From the IMG/VR virus record IMGVR_UViG_3300009155_000038: DNA of 64,000 nucleotides; one strand, written 5' to 3'. Both the position numbers and the translations under genes were made by a program. Below the pieces are notes generated by a model, which was not told the origin of the DNA, searched no databases, and worked only from the letters and a program-made list of their open reading frames with translations. The DNA is from a virus. Positions 9,074-18,973 of the stretch are shown piece after piece (within the stretch, counting starts at the first letter, position 1; each line of letters starts with the position of its first letter).

Positions 9074-10216
9074 CTACTTACGTTTTTCGGTTTTTACCGG
9101 TGGTATCAATAACTTCATTGCGGTCGTTTGAAGCACATCACGCACGCCGTGATACTGATTCTTTGAACACCGCAAGAGCGAACAAAACAAGTCGTAGCCG
9201 CTTCGAGAACCTAGCGTCTCTTTCGCGTAGGCGTCGAGCGGATCTCTAGGGGCCAGATCAGAACCAACCATGGCTGCATTCTTCAGCACACGTTTAGCCT
9301 CTTCTTTGGCAATCTTGAATTTCATCAAGGTTGTTGCCCAAGAAGCATGTGCCGCGTCATTGGTGGTCTTGTCGTCAGAGAAACCCAGCTGGATATGCGC
9401 CAACCGGTGAATCTGCTTTGCCACCAGATTCATGTCGATCTCTTTCTCTGCCGCCCTAGATATCAAAATCGCCGTGCGCCCAGACAGGTCAGCGCCCATG
9501 TGCGCTAATCTGGCCGCAGCGTGCGGAGGCTCTACAGCTATGCCAAATCGCGTGTAGATGCACGTCGAGGCGTGAATGGCATTGCCCACGTCTTCTCGGT
9601 TAGAAAAACACCAGCCAGACGCGAACGTGTGCCGCGGGTCTGAATAGATATCAGTACGCCGTGTAGCCGGGTTGATGAAGTAAAGCCGTAAGGCTCGCCC
9701 CACCAGCTCTGCCCGCGAGAACTCGGCGTTTGGCTGCTTATCGAACAGCTCGTTCGTCACGATATTCAGAAACGTGCTGTTTTCGAGCAGGCGGTGATCG
9801 AGGCCCAAAAAACCCTCCACCGCCTGCTCTTTGTGATTAACTAGCAGACTGCGCTCACGCAACGCCTCAAACCGGACCCGCAGCGTGATGTTGTATATGT
9901 TCACAGCTGCGGCGATGTCTGTCGCCCGCTCTTCTAGCTCCATGCCCCGCATGCTTTCGCCAGACAGCTCGGTGAACAAGCCGTTTAGCCCAGTAGCTAG
10001 CGTGCCGGCCAACGCTGCAAAACCAATAGCGTTGAACCTGTAACCAGTCTCGCGCAGTCTGCCATCAGCCGTCATGGCCAGCTGCGCTTCGTCCACCACG
10101 GGAACGATCTCAGTGTTGGCAGCTCGGGTGGCTAGAAACTCTTTGCAGTCTTCGAACTGCGTTGCTGTAAACGCAAACGCCGACACGGGCGCAAAGAGAC
10201 TTCCGGCATTATGCAT
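9074..10216 (-). CDS. DUF932-like phage/plasmid protein
   Basis: Spacing of FNAIGF..LA, V.GFLG..H..L.N..F and GW.FSN.E.G resembles DUF932. Start moved to MHNAGS. Confidence 0.45.
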   Translation of the reverse strand: MHNAGSLFAPVSAFAFTATQFEDCKEFLATRAANTEIVPVVDEAQLAMTADGRLRETGYRFNAIGFAALAGTLATGLNGLFTELSGESMRGMELEERATDIAAAVNIYNITLRVRFEALRERSLLVNHKEQAVEGFLGLDHRLLENSTFLNIVTNELFDKQPNAEFSRAELVGRALRLYFINPATRRTDIYSDPRHTFASGWCFSNREDVGNAIHASTCIYTRFGIAVEPPHAAARLAHMGADLSGRTAILISRAAEKEIDMNLVAKQIHRLAHIQLGFSDDKTTNDAAHASWATTLMKFKIAKEEAKRVLKNAAMVGSDLAPRDPLDAYAKETLGSRSGYDLFCSLLRCSKNQYHGVRDVLQTTAMKLLIPPVKTEKRK

Positions 10217-10232
10217 AGCCCGCGCCACAGCA

Positions 10233-10790
10233 TTACTCCGCGCACCACTCTGGGCCAATAGTCTGAAACAGAGAGATTGTCGGCTCAATGAACAGCACGG
10301 TGTTGTTCGCTGGCCGAAACGATGCCCGCCACTGAACACGGGAGTGATCCCCGGTTTCGGTGTCGATGTTGTGGGCGCAGAACATGGTCTTCACGACGGG
10401 GAACACAAACACAAACGGATGAGAAGAATTGACCCCCTGCCGGTGTAGGTTGGTAGCTACAGCGGCGGCTAACCGGTTCTTGACTTTACCCGGATTCTTG
10501 AAGATGTCCAGCATTGTCAGCTCATGTAGCCGCGGAATTCTTCTACCGCACAACACGCCCGGGAAATGACGATATGTCGAATTGAACCAGTTAAAGTTCA
10601 GATTCTGATGCCCGGTGATATGCCGGCATTCATTTACTAATCTTCCCCATGCTGTGCGTTTTGCCCCGCACTCCGTAAACACGCGCTTGATAGTGCGCTC
10701 TTCATACGCCAACTGCCGCTGCTCTCTAATCGCATCGGCATTGGCGCTGTTTTCATTAAACAGCTCGCCAAAGAATTGATCGCGGTCCAT
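10233..10790 (-). CDS. Hypothetical protein
   Basis: 185-aa ORF. Confidence 0.8.
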   Translation of the reverse strand: MDRDQFFGELFNENSANADAIREQRQLAYEERTIKRVFTECGAKRTAWGRLVNECRHITGHQNLNFNWFNSTYRHFPGVLCGRRIPRLHELTMLDIFKNPGKVKNRLAAAVATNLHRQGVNSSHPFVFVFPVVKTMFCAHNIDTETGDHSRVQWRASFRPANNTVLFIEPTISLFQTIGPEWCAE

Positions 10791-10793
10791 GTG

Positions 10794-11006
10794 TTACTCA
10801 ATCGTGATGCCGTGTGAGTTACGGATTACGTCACGTATTTCCTGCAAGTGCCGGTCAATCTCTTCGGGCAGATTGCCGTGCTTGATCAGCCCACGACAGT
10901 GCTGGTCAATCTCCCAGATCAAACTACGCGCGGCTTGCCCCTCAACAGCCGCCGTAAATTCAGCCTGTTCTTCAGGCAAGTCAAATGACAAAGTAGCTTT
11001 AGGCAT
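10794..11006 (-). CDS. Conserved small phage hypothetical protein
   Basis: MPKATLSFDLPEE-type N-terminus, common in environmental phages. Confidence 0.8.
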   Translation of the reverse strand: MPKATLSFDLPEEQAEFTAAVEGQAARSLIWEIDQHCRGLIKHGNLPEEIDRHLQEIRDVIRNSHGITIE

Positions 11007-11018
11007 AATACACCTTGT

Positions 11019-11357
11019 TTATGAGAAATCAGGCGCCTTGTCAGCCGTCATTTCAAACTTGATGTGATCTGCGGCATTCTCCGTCAGAATACCGCGATAG
11101 GTAAACGCCGTAAGTGACTGGTTAGCCACTTCCGGGTTTGGATAAGTCAGCGCGACATACCAGTGGCAGACATCCCCGCCGGATTCGTTTTGCACCTTTT
11201 TGTAAAACCCAATGCCGTGCTCGTAATAAAGATCTGGATATAACTTTGCCGTGGTTTCTTCATCTGGCTCGTCGGCCGGCACGTTTTGACCGTGCAACGG
11301 CCCGCCAAAACACGCCATCATAGGAACGTTAGATTCTTCGTTTGTTTCAGTTGTCAT
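11019..11357 (-). CDS. Hypothetical protein
   Basis: 112 aa with FGGPLHG motif; coupled to the recA stop. Confidence 0.75.
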   Translation of the reverse strand: MTTETNEESNVPMMACFGGPLHGQNVPADEPDEETTAKLYPDLYYEHGIGFYKKVQNESGGDVCHWYVALTYPNPEVANQSLTAFTYRGILTENAADHIKFEMTADKAPDFS

Positions 11358-12730
11358 CAGTCAACTTGTCCTAGTGGGTCAAAATCGGTCGGGATGATCT
11401 CGCTGACAGCGCTCGACGCCGCCATCAGCTCGGGAACGTCGGTCATGGCGTTCTTCTGCAGCTCGGCCATAACCTGCTCACGGAACCTACGCGCCGGGTC
11501 ACAGACGGGATACTCATTCACGCCCAGCAGACCGTGAAGCAGACCCATGACCTTCTTGTTGCTCTCCAACGCCATCGACGCTTCAACCTCTGACAGCGCT
11601 TCCTGCTTGGAGATGCCTAGAGCCGTGGAATACACCAGCGGCACCTCAGCATTCTTGGTGCCGTGCTTGTATTCCAGATCGCACACCTGCCGGAGAAGCG
11701 CCGGCAGCTTAGGATCAGTGCCCGGCTGCGGCTTTCGGTCCGCGGCCTGCAAGTCCAGCAATAGCCGGATCGTGGCTGTGTGCCAGTCCCAGTAATGGTA
11801 CTGCTTGTTAGTGTACGTCTCGTCGCCATTAGCGTCCCGGCCGGCAACGATGTCGTTGTACCACATGAGGTTAACAACGATCTTGCGACCCGGAGCGCCA
11901 AGGTTGTTCTTGGTCGCCGAGATACGCACTGACTGGCCCTCATACCGACCACCGGTGATGTTCTTGGCTGATGCCTTGGACATGTCCAGAATTAAGGTCG
12001 GGTAATAGTCAAGCGAGGCGCCGCCCGGAGCGTACTTCTTGGGCGGGCCAAATCCCATAGAGTTAATTTCCTCCTTGAGATGATTCGTGGCCACCAGCGC
12101 GATGGGATAGTGCCGCAGTGTGGGCACCAGTGCCGTACGCATAAAGTCAGACAAGTTACGGGCCAGATACGGATGGCCAGCGGCAGCATGACCCTCGTCA
12201 GCCACCTTCTCAACGCGGCGATCAACCTCGACGGCCGAGATCGAGTCCACGCCGATACAAATAGGAATAACCCGCTCAGGGGCATTCTCCGCATCAATCT
12301 GCTTATGAATCGCTTGGCAGAAGCCCATGTACTTCTTCTGCCACTCTTCCACACTCGCAGCCGTCGTGACCTTCGTGCGGGCCATGTACTGCTGGTTGTG
12401 CCCGAACAAGCCAGACATCATCGTCGGGCTGCCCTTGTTCTCTGTGTCGATCATGATCGCACCGCCGCCATAGACATGGAACCAGCGCATGATCTCAATC
12501 AGGAACGCAGACTTGCCGGCGCTGAACTCGCCGCGGAGCTGGGTGAACCGACTCAGCGGGAAGATGTTCGCCTGCAACAGATAGCGTGCCGCTAATGACG
12601 GCAGCGGCAGGCCGATCAGCGGATCGTTATCCTCTGCGGCAGCTTTGAGCACTTCCGTAAACATCGGGTGCTCGCCGTTGCGGGCGTGGATATCAACTGA
12701 TTCGTTTGTTTCCTTACGTTTCCTGCCCAT
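11357..12730 (-). CDS. recA: RecA/UvsX-like recombinase
   Basis: Walker A GEFSAGKS, MIDTE, Walker B IGVDSIS, ATNHLKE, PGGASLDYY and TKNNLGAPGR. Confidence 0.9.
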   Translation of the reverse strand: MGRKRKETNESVDIHARNGEHPMFTEVLKAAAEDNDPLIGLPLPSLAARYLLQANIFPLSRFTQLRGEFSAGKSAFLIEIMRWFHVYGGGAIMIDTENKGSPTMMSGLFGHNQQYMARTKVTTAASVEEWQKKYMGFCQAIHKQIDAENAPERVIPICIGVDSISAVEVDRRVEKVADEGHAAAGHPYLARNLSDFMRTALVPTLRHYPIALVATNHLKEEINSMGFGPPKKYAPGGASLDYYPTLILDMSKASAKNITGGRYEGQSVRISATKNNLGAPGRKIVVNLMWYNDIVAGRDANGDETYTNKQYHYWDWHTATIRLLLDLQAADRKPQPGTDPKLPALLRQVCDLEYKHGTKNAEVPLVYSTALGISKQEALSEVEASMALESNKKVMGLLHGLLGVNEYPVCDPARRFREQVMAELQKNAMTDVPELMAASSAVSEIIPTDFDPLGQVD

Positions 12731-12751
12731 AATTTTTTTCTCTGAGTGTGG

Positions 12752-13096
12752 CTATACAGTTTCAACTTTATTTTTGGCGAACGGACCGGGAAAGAACTTG
12801 ATCAGGTACGCGTCATGTTCGTACTTTTCAGCTTCATCTTGCATCGCCGGCGGATAGACCCCGTACGTGACAACTGCGCGCAACAAATCAAAATACCGAT
12901 CTGTGACGTAATCAACGGTACACGCGTAACTAGTTTTGATATACGGTGTAAATTCTCTATACCGCAACGTAACTAGCCGGCCGACCGGCGGTAAAACTGC
13001 GGCCTCATCTGCCGCGGATAAATAACAGCCATTTGCGCCGTCAACCCAGCCGTGTTTAGTCAAGTGATAAATGTTGGTGTAGCTATCAGCCGACAT
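12752..13096 (-). CDS. Hypothetical protein
   Basis: Start MSADSY with GGAG SD. Confidence 0.7.
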   Translation of the reverse strand: MSADSYTNIYHLTKHGWVDGANGCYLSAADEAAVLPPVGRLVTLRYREFTPYIKTSYACTVDYVTDRYFDLLRAVVTYGVYPPAMQDEAEKYEHDAYLIKFFPGPFAKNKVETV

Positions 13097-13126
13097 TGTT
13101 ATCTCCGTAAAGATATGAAATCCACA

Positions 13127-13180
13127 CCGCGGGGCCCTCATAACCGCTTGCGACAGTTATGCAGGAAGTGGGCCCCGCGG
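13127..13180 (-). terminator. Long GC-rich stem-loop after the SSB gene (terminator or processing site)
   Basis: Perfect 11-bp arms CCGCGGGGCCC/GGGCCCCGCGG, inner CATAAC/GTTATG, GCAA tetraloop on the minus strand; only a weak U-tract follows. Confidence 0.5.
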
Positions 13181-13200
13181 CATGGAGAACGAATACTGAA

Positions 13201-14637
13201 CTACTTCTTGGCGGCAGCACGCGCACGCGCCTTAGCCAGAATGTCAGCAGAGTCAGCTTTACCAGCAGCCGGTGCAGGCTGTGCCGGCATGGCCGGCGGC
13301 GGAAGTGGCGCAGAAGGCGCAGAGAACATATCCGCAACACCAGCTTCCTCGTCGGCAGAAAGCTCAGCCTCGGGCATGTCCCACGGGGCTACAGGATCAG
13401 GCGTCGGAGCCGGGCGGGCTGCAGGACGCGCTGTGTGCGCCGCAGGAGCCGCCGGACGCGCCGGAGCCGGGGCAGGAGCCCTCGGGGCCATGTGAGACTC
13501 TTCCAGCTCGTCTACGGGCACGCCAGCGCCCTCAAACGTAGCCGTGTGCTTTGGAATCGTCCGCAGGTACTCAGGATGTTCACGCCAAGCGTAATCAAGA
13601 GCCTCGCGGGGGAACGCTGTTGCCAGCATTTCCGCCTGCTCCTCATACGTCGGAACCCACATGTACTCGTCCCACGACAGCGACTCGGCCACCAGCTTAT
13701 CGGCGTAGGCATTGAGCGTGATGTCGTGGTTAAAGAACTTGTCGTGAATGATAGCGTAATGCGTGTAATCACTACGCGACTGCGGGTAACCGACAACGTA
13801 CTTAGCGTGCGGATCGGTGCTTCGGGCATGTGTCGGGCAGTCAAACGTTTCAGGGCCACGTTCGCCAACCGCCAATACCTTCTGCTGATCCCGTGACGTT
13901 ACATACGATTCGGGAAGAAACGTCATCAGTTTCGCCGGGCCGAACGACAGCATATCGCCGCTCATGTATTCACCCGTCGTTGGATCCTGTACCCGCAGCG
14001 CCGAATAGAGCGCCTGTTGAGCGCTGGTCTTCAGGCCGATGATACGCGCGTTACGCTTCTGATCGTCAGAGAACGCACCCAGCAACGTGTCACGCCCGTT
14101 TTCACTGACGAACACAACGCTGGCGGACACGAACAGAATCTGCTCGGGCTTGGTCAAGCTGCCAATATGCGACTTCATGACCTTCGGTTTTGCCAGCAAC
14201 TCAGCGAACAACCGACCAACGCCGGGATTGTCCTTGCTGTTGTACGCAGCGTTACGCAGCACGTGGTACGGGCTGGAATACAGATCAATGTTTGGGTTAC
14301 CGTCATGGATAACAAAACACACACCCGGGTTACCCACCCAGTGTGCGCAAGTCATACGACGTGCCCAGTCACCGAAAGCCACGTTATCGCGACCTTCGCG
14401 GAAATTCACGAACTGGCGATTACCAGCTTCGTCCTTGGCGGTTTCCTCATAGAGCGGGAGGAAACGCAGACACATGCCGTTGGCAAACAGTTCGTTGCCT
14501 TGGGCGACAAGCACATTACCCTGCTTGCCGTATGCGTATCGCTTCTTGGTATTGCTCGCACCACCGGAACCGATGTTATGAGCCTTGCGATACTCGGGAT
14601 CCACTGCGGCCAGATTTTGGCTTTCGTAGCGTGGCAT
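13201..14637 (-). CDS. Single-stranded DNA-binding protein, gp32-like (putative)
   Basis: Lies between polA and recA. Contains CLRFLP, a Pro/Ala-rich linker and C-terminal ADILAKARARAAAKK, like the DILA.IRAR tail of gp32-like SSBs of environmental phages. Confidence 0.6.
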   Translation of the reverse strand: MPRYESQNLAAVDPEYRKAHNIGSGGASNTKKRYAYGKQGNVLVAQGNELFANGMCLRFLPLYEETAKDEAGNRQFVNFREGRDNVAFGDWARRMTCAHWVGNPGVCFVIHDGNPNIDLYSSPYHVLRNAAYNSKDNPGVGRLFAELLAKPKVMKSHIGSLTKPEQILFVSASVVFVSENGRDTLLGAFSDDQKRNARIIGLKTSAQQALYSALRVQDPTTGEYMSGDMLSFGPAKLMTFLPESYVTSRDQQKVLAVGERGPETFDCPTHARSTDPHAKYVVGYPQSRSDYTHYAIIHDKFFNHDITLNAYADKLVAESLSWDEYMWVPTYEEQAEMLATAFPREALDYAWREHPEYLRTIPKHTATFEGAGVPVDELEESHMAPRAPAPAPARPAAPAAHTARPAARPAPTPDPVAPWDMPEAELSADEEAGVADMFSAPSAPLPPPAMPAQPAPAAGKADSADILAKARARAAAKK

Positions 14638-14721
14638 AATTAACCTTTCTTTCTTAAGTAATGGGCAAGTTTGCCCGTGTTGATTCCCGGAGTCTATCAC
14701 ACAAAAACAAGCTGTCTAGCC

Positions 14722-17700
14722 CTAATTTTCCAGCAGAAAATGCAGGCCCAACGCCTCGATTTCTGCCGGCTTGAGCTTCTCACCCCAATGCACAAACACG
14801 TCCCTGTCAGCGCCGAAAAAGTACGGCCCGGCATTTGGAATCGGTGTGCCGTCGAGATACCGCGGATAAAACGGAACTTGCTCAACCATGCACTTTGGCA
14901 CGACTTCTTTGTACACGCGCTCAGCATGTTCCAGCGGCACGATTAACATGATAGCGTCATGAATCTGCAGCGCGATCTTGTAATCAATCTCAGGGTGCTC
15001 TTCGCGGTACTTGTAGAAGTTGTACAGCGCAATGGAGACAGCATCAGCTACACCACCTTGAATTGGGAAGTTCTGGGCTTGCCGTTCTTGCTCGCCCTTC
15101 ACCGCCTTTTCATTCGACGGCATGAACCGACGATACCGACCGTAAGGCCCAACGATCCAACCCGGGTCTTGGGATCGTGCCCTACACTCGGCTAAGAAAT
15201 CCTTCGTGCCCGGATAAGACGCAAAGTAAGCGTTGATCATCTGCTGGCAATCGTCAGCTGTAACGTCAACGCCTTCTTCTTTGCACTGCCGGGCAATGGC
15301 TTCAGAGCCACGACCGTATGGAATGCCGAAGTTCACGTTTTTGGCGGCAACCCGCAAACCCTTCTTGCCCGCTTTGACGAGCCCTTTCTTAGTCGGCTCG
15401 ATGTCACGGATGTTGAAGGTTTTTACAGCCTGTCTGGCGTGGATATCATAATGATCGGGGTGGTCTTCCGGCAGGATGTTTCGCCGAACGTGCTCGATCA
15501 TATCTCTGTCCTGCGCTAGCCACGCGAGGACCGCCAGCTCCGCACCAGTGAGGTCCGTTTCAATCCCAACGCAGCCCTCCGGGACACGGAGGATTGAGCG
15601 CACTGGATGCTGATACTGCGCACCAAGGATTCGTTTGTAGTCGTCTTCTCGTCGGGAGCTGAGGTTCTGAAGCGGCGGCCGCGATGAAGAAGCACGCCCA
15701 GTTTCCTTGGTCTGAAAAAGATGAGTACGGACTTTACCATCGGCGTGAACACAGCCGACAAGGCCCTTCTCGTAGGCAAAGTTTCCGTTGTCATCTACTT
15801 CAAACTCTCCCTCTTCTGTTTCCGCCGGTTTCCTAAGCACTGACTGCAGCACCTGACTCGTAAACTTGTAGTCACGAATCTTAGCCGCAGTCGTATTGTT
15901 ATGCCCAAGAATACCGAGACTCTCTTTGTCTGTACTCGGCACTGCTGTAGCGGCGTTACTCTTGGACTGCAGGTCTGGCCACAGAATTGGCCGCTTTCCG
16001 GTTGTCTTCACAGGTTTCATGTTCAGCAGAATAGCACCTTCTGGAATTGTCGGCGGGTTTGTATACCGCGCGCCAAATTCTTGCCCGAATAGCGCCACGG
16101 CTAACTGCGGCTGACTCTTTGGATTAAACGCCGGCCAGTTTAGCTCTGTGCGGATCTCAGCAAGCAGTCTGTTCTGCGTATTCATGAACAACGTGGTCAG
16201 CTCGTCGGCGCGGTTGCGGTCGATGACTAACCCGGTCATTTCCATTTCCAGAAACGCCGTCGACGCCTGATGAGCTGTCCAATATGGCAGCCAGCAGTCG
16301 TGGCCGAACGTATCTTGGGACAACTCGCCGTCACGGCCATTGGTCCCGTAAAACTTCATCATGATGCGCCGAGTTACGTCAACGTCATAGTTGGCGTACG
16401 GGTGCAGCACGTGAGCCGGGCAGTTGCCGTAACCACCTAGCGCTGACGCTTTAATCTTGTGCTCTTCACGGTACTGCTTGATCCATTTGTCAAGCGACTC
16501 CCAGTACGTTGGCGCTGATGTAAACCGCATCGAGCAGTGATCGAGGCCGTAACGAGCGCACTCGTTTACTGCGTGATACATCAGACTCGTGTCCCAACCA
16601 CCATGCGTCCGATCTTCCGGGTCAGTAGCGGGTTTATACTCGTCACGTAGGTCGACGCCAAAGTCAAGGAGCCACGGAAGGTCAGCACGGAAAAAATGCC
16701 CACCCACCCGTACGCTTCGACTGTTGGTAGATTTAAGAAGGCGCGAAAGTTGCGATCGTGCGGCGTCGAGGCTAGGCATAAACGCTTCTGCGCCGCCTTC
16801 ATGCCGCAATACGATCGTGCGCGCCCACTTATCCTTGTTGGAAATCTGCACCGTACGTAAATATGCACCCGGCTCAGTCGGGTAATCCCCATGCCATTCG
16901 CAGTCAATCGCGATGATATTTGCGTTGGGATCTTGATCACCAAGCATAGCGTCCACGGTTTCGGCCAGCGCTTCTTCGGTGTAAATTGCGGCATGATCTA
17001 CCTGTTCTTCCGTGTGAACCTCATCAGCCAACATCGCTTTAAACCGATTGAGTTGACCAACAAAATCATCCGTGACTTCTGGTTTGATAGAGACGTAAGA
17101 CGGGTGCATGACCGACATGACCTTAATCTCACGCTTATTTCCGTGCAAGTCAAAGACTTCCATCGGCATTACACGCCCAGCCAGCCCGGATACGTTCCCG
17201 GTTGTCTTCATGACGGCTTTAGTAGCTTCATTACCCAGACAGAGAATGAAGTCAGGCTGCACAATACGAATTTCCTGCTCTAACAGAATTGCGCAGTCCT
17301 TAAACCACAACGCCGGAAGAGCTGTCACTTCTTCAGAGTGAGGAGCAAATTTACAAGCCGCCGTTACGTACCATGTTGCAAACTGCTCGGGCGGAATGCC
17401 GTTTTCGTTTAGCAGCTGCGCTAACAGAGTCATGCCGGGGCCAGCTGTAAAATTTCTACGCTCTAGCTCGTACTTTCCAACAAACTTGCCGACTACCATC
17501 ACACGGCATTTCTCGCGCGGGCCGAACACAGAAACATGCTGGTGATAGCCGCCCCATTTATGGCCCGGCAACAATTTCAGTACAGGCGTAATAGTTTTGA
17601 ACGCCGCCGGCATGAAGAACTTGGGATCATAAAGCGCTGCACGATACAGCGCAGATAACTTCTCCCCCACAGGCACTGTTTTCTTCTTCTTCGCTTCTGC

Positions 17701-17874
17701 CACGTCAATGCTGTCACCAAGAGCAGTGGCGTGCGCGATGAAATCTGCGCCGGCGGGGGGCATGCCGGGCGCAGTCAATGGAATGAACTGGTAACACGCT
17801 GCGGTGAATGCCTCGCTATCAGGGTCATACAGCGCTTGCGTTAACCGATGATCCAACGACAACCCGACTGACAT
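14722..17874 (-). CDS. polA: DNA polymerase family A with N-terminal uracil-DNA glycosylase-like domain and 3'-5' exonuclease
   Basis: Exo motifs IAIDCEW, HFFRADL and YANYDV. Pol motifs TGRASSSRPPLQNL, DLTGAEL, RVAAKNVNFGIPYG, NFPIQG and QIHDA. UDG-like LEQEI..VQP..ILCLG..A and MHPSY. Confidence 0.95.
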   Translation of the reverse strand: MSVGLSLDHRLTQALYDPDSEAFTAACYQFIPLTAPGMPPAGADFIAHATALGDSIDVAEAKKKKTVPVGEKLSALYRAALYDPKFFMPAAFKTITPVLKLLPGHKWGGYHQHVSVFGPREKCRVMVVGKFVGKYELERRNFTAGPGMTLLAQLLNENGIPPEQFATWYVTAACKFAPHSEEVTALPALWFKDCAILLEQEIRIVQPDFILCLGNEATKAVMKTTGNVSGLAGRVMPMEVFDLHGNKREIKVMSVMHPSYVSIKPEVTDDFVGQLNRFKAMLADEVHTEEQVDHAAIYTEEALAETVDAMLGDQDPNANIIAIDCEWHGDYPTEPGAYLRTVQISNKDKWARTIVLRHEGGAEAFMPSLDAARSQLSRLLKSTNSRSVRVGGHFFRADLPWLLDFGVDLRDEYKPATDPEDRTHGGWDTSLMYHAVNECARYGLDHCSMRFTSAPTYWESLDKWIKQYREEHKIKASALGGYGNCPAHVLHPYANYDVDVTRRIMMKFYGTNGRDGELSQDTFGHDCWLPYWTAHQASTAFLEMEMTGLVIDRNRADELTTLFMNTQNRLLAEIRTELNWPAFNPKSQPQLAVALFGQEFGARYTNPPTIPEGAILLNMKPVKTTGKRPILWPDLQSKSNAATAVPSTDKESLGILGHNNTTAAKIRDYKFTSQVLQSVLRKPAETEEGEFEVDDNGNFAYEKGLVGCVHADGKVRTHLFQTKETGRASSSRPPLQNLSSRREDDYKRILGAQYQHPVRSILRVPEGCVGIETDLTGAELAVLAWLAQDRDMIEHVRRNILPEDHPDHYDIHARQAVKTFNIRDIEPTKKGLVKAGKKGLRVAAKNVNFGIPYGRGSEAIARQCKEEGVDVTADDCQQMINAYFASYPGTKDFLAECRARSQDPGWIVGPYGRYRRFMPSNEKAVKGEQERQAQNFPIQGGVADAVSIALYNFYKYREEHPEIDYKIALQIHDAIMLIVPLEHAERVYKEVVPKCMVEQVPFYPRYLDGTPIPNAGPYFFGADRDVFVHWGEKLKPAEIEALGLHFLLEN

Positions 17875-17880
17875 AAATCC

Positions 17881-18960
17881 TCACTTTAAAAAAGACAGGT
17901 CTGCTTGAACGTCAACCGCATCAGCAGCCGCGGCCAGAATCTCAAATAGCTCAGGCCGTGAATAGTCCGCAGGATCACGAGCGTCTGGCAAGAACACAGG
18001 CACTACGTTGACGCCGCGCTGACACAACATATGGACAGTGTTCTCCAGCTCGGCTTGAGCGTCGTGGTCAAGCACGATAAACACTGGCTTACCCACCCAC
18101 GATGTGGCCAAAGTCGTCTGTTGCCACGCTGACATCGTCTTACCAAAGATGCACACAGCCGCGGCGCCCAAACGCCAGACGCTAGGAACACCTTCAACTA
18201 CAACAGCTACAGGCTGATTTACAGCCGAGTCGTAGTTGTATAACAGCTGGCTCTTGGGCGTGCCGGGAGCGTTGTAATACTTGCTGCCGTACACAGTGTT
18301 TCCCACAACACGACCCTGCCAACCAACCAGCTGCTTGTGGAAATAGATAGGAATGTAAATCCGACCGCGCATCATGCTGTAACGAATGCTCGATGGCGAC
18401 GTACACACCCCGATATTGAAATCGTTCGCGAGTTCCTTGATATCAAAACCACGACTGACAAGATACTGCACCGCGGGGTGCTGCTCGGGAAGTTCGTTAA
18501 TGGCCACGATATCGCCGGCTGCGTCCATAACCTTGGGGCCGGGATCTTCTGTCGCTGCCCGAATCAGCATCTTCGGTAGTACGCGCTTATTAGCACCGAA
18601 AACCAAATCTTCAAACTGCGCCAGCTTGCCGGGCTTATCGAGGCAGGCGTTTTTGTAGCAGCGTGCAAGATGTGTGTCTGTACGTCGACCGGTGTTAGTG
18701 TCAATGTCGGCGCCGTAGGTGTGATTCACCCACAGCTTGTAATCCATGTCGTTACAAAACGGGCACGAGATCCGATAATACTCGCCCCACGTTCCGCGCT
18801 TGACTAACCGACCCGGGCGAAGTGGATCCTGAAAACTTTGAACCTGCGCCGTACATCCCGCATTAGCAATCCGAACTTCCCCAAACTTGTGCTCTAGCAA
18901 TGAATAAAGCAAAGGATTTAACGGTTCTACACTTGGCGCGTTAGGTGCGGCCATTGTCAT
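17881..18960 (-). CDS. dnaG: DNA primase (Zn finger + TOPRIM)
   Basis: CPFC...C Zn finger, RIYIPI...G.LVGWQGR-like motif, TOPRIM VVVEG and VLDHDA; AAGGAG SD. Confidence 0.85.
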   Translation of the reverse strand: MTMAAPNAPSVEPLNPLLYSLLEHKFGEVRIANAGCTAQVQSFQDPLRPGRLVKRGTWGEYYRISCPFCNDMDYKLWVNHTYGADIDTNTGRRTDTHLARCYKNACLDKPGKLAQFEDLVFGANKRVLPKMLIRAATEDPGPKVMDAAGDIVAINELPEQHPAVQYLVSRGFDIKELANDFNIGVCTSPSSIRYSMMRGRIYIPIYFHKQLVGWQGRVVGNTVYGSKYYNAPGTPKSQLLYNYDSAVNQPVAVVVEGVPSVWRLGAAAVCIFGKTMSAWQQTTLATSWVGKPVFIVLDHDAQAELENTVHMLCQRGVNVVPVFLPDARDPADYSRPELFEILAAAADAVDVQADLSFLK

Positions 18961-18973
18961 ACTAACTCCTTCA

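Noticed and set aside
13260-13500. GC-rich short repeats in the SSB 3' region
   Set aside because: Explained by the Pro/Ala-rich linker codons, not a DNA repeat element.
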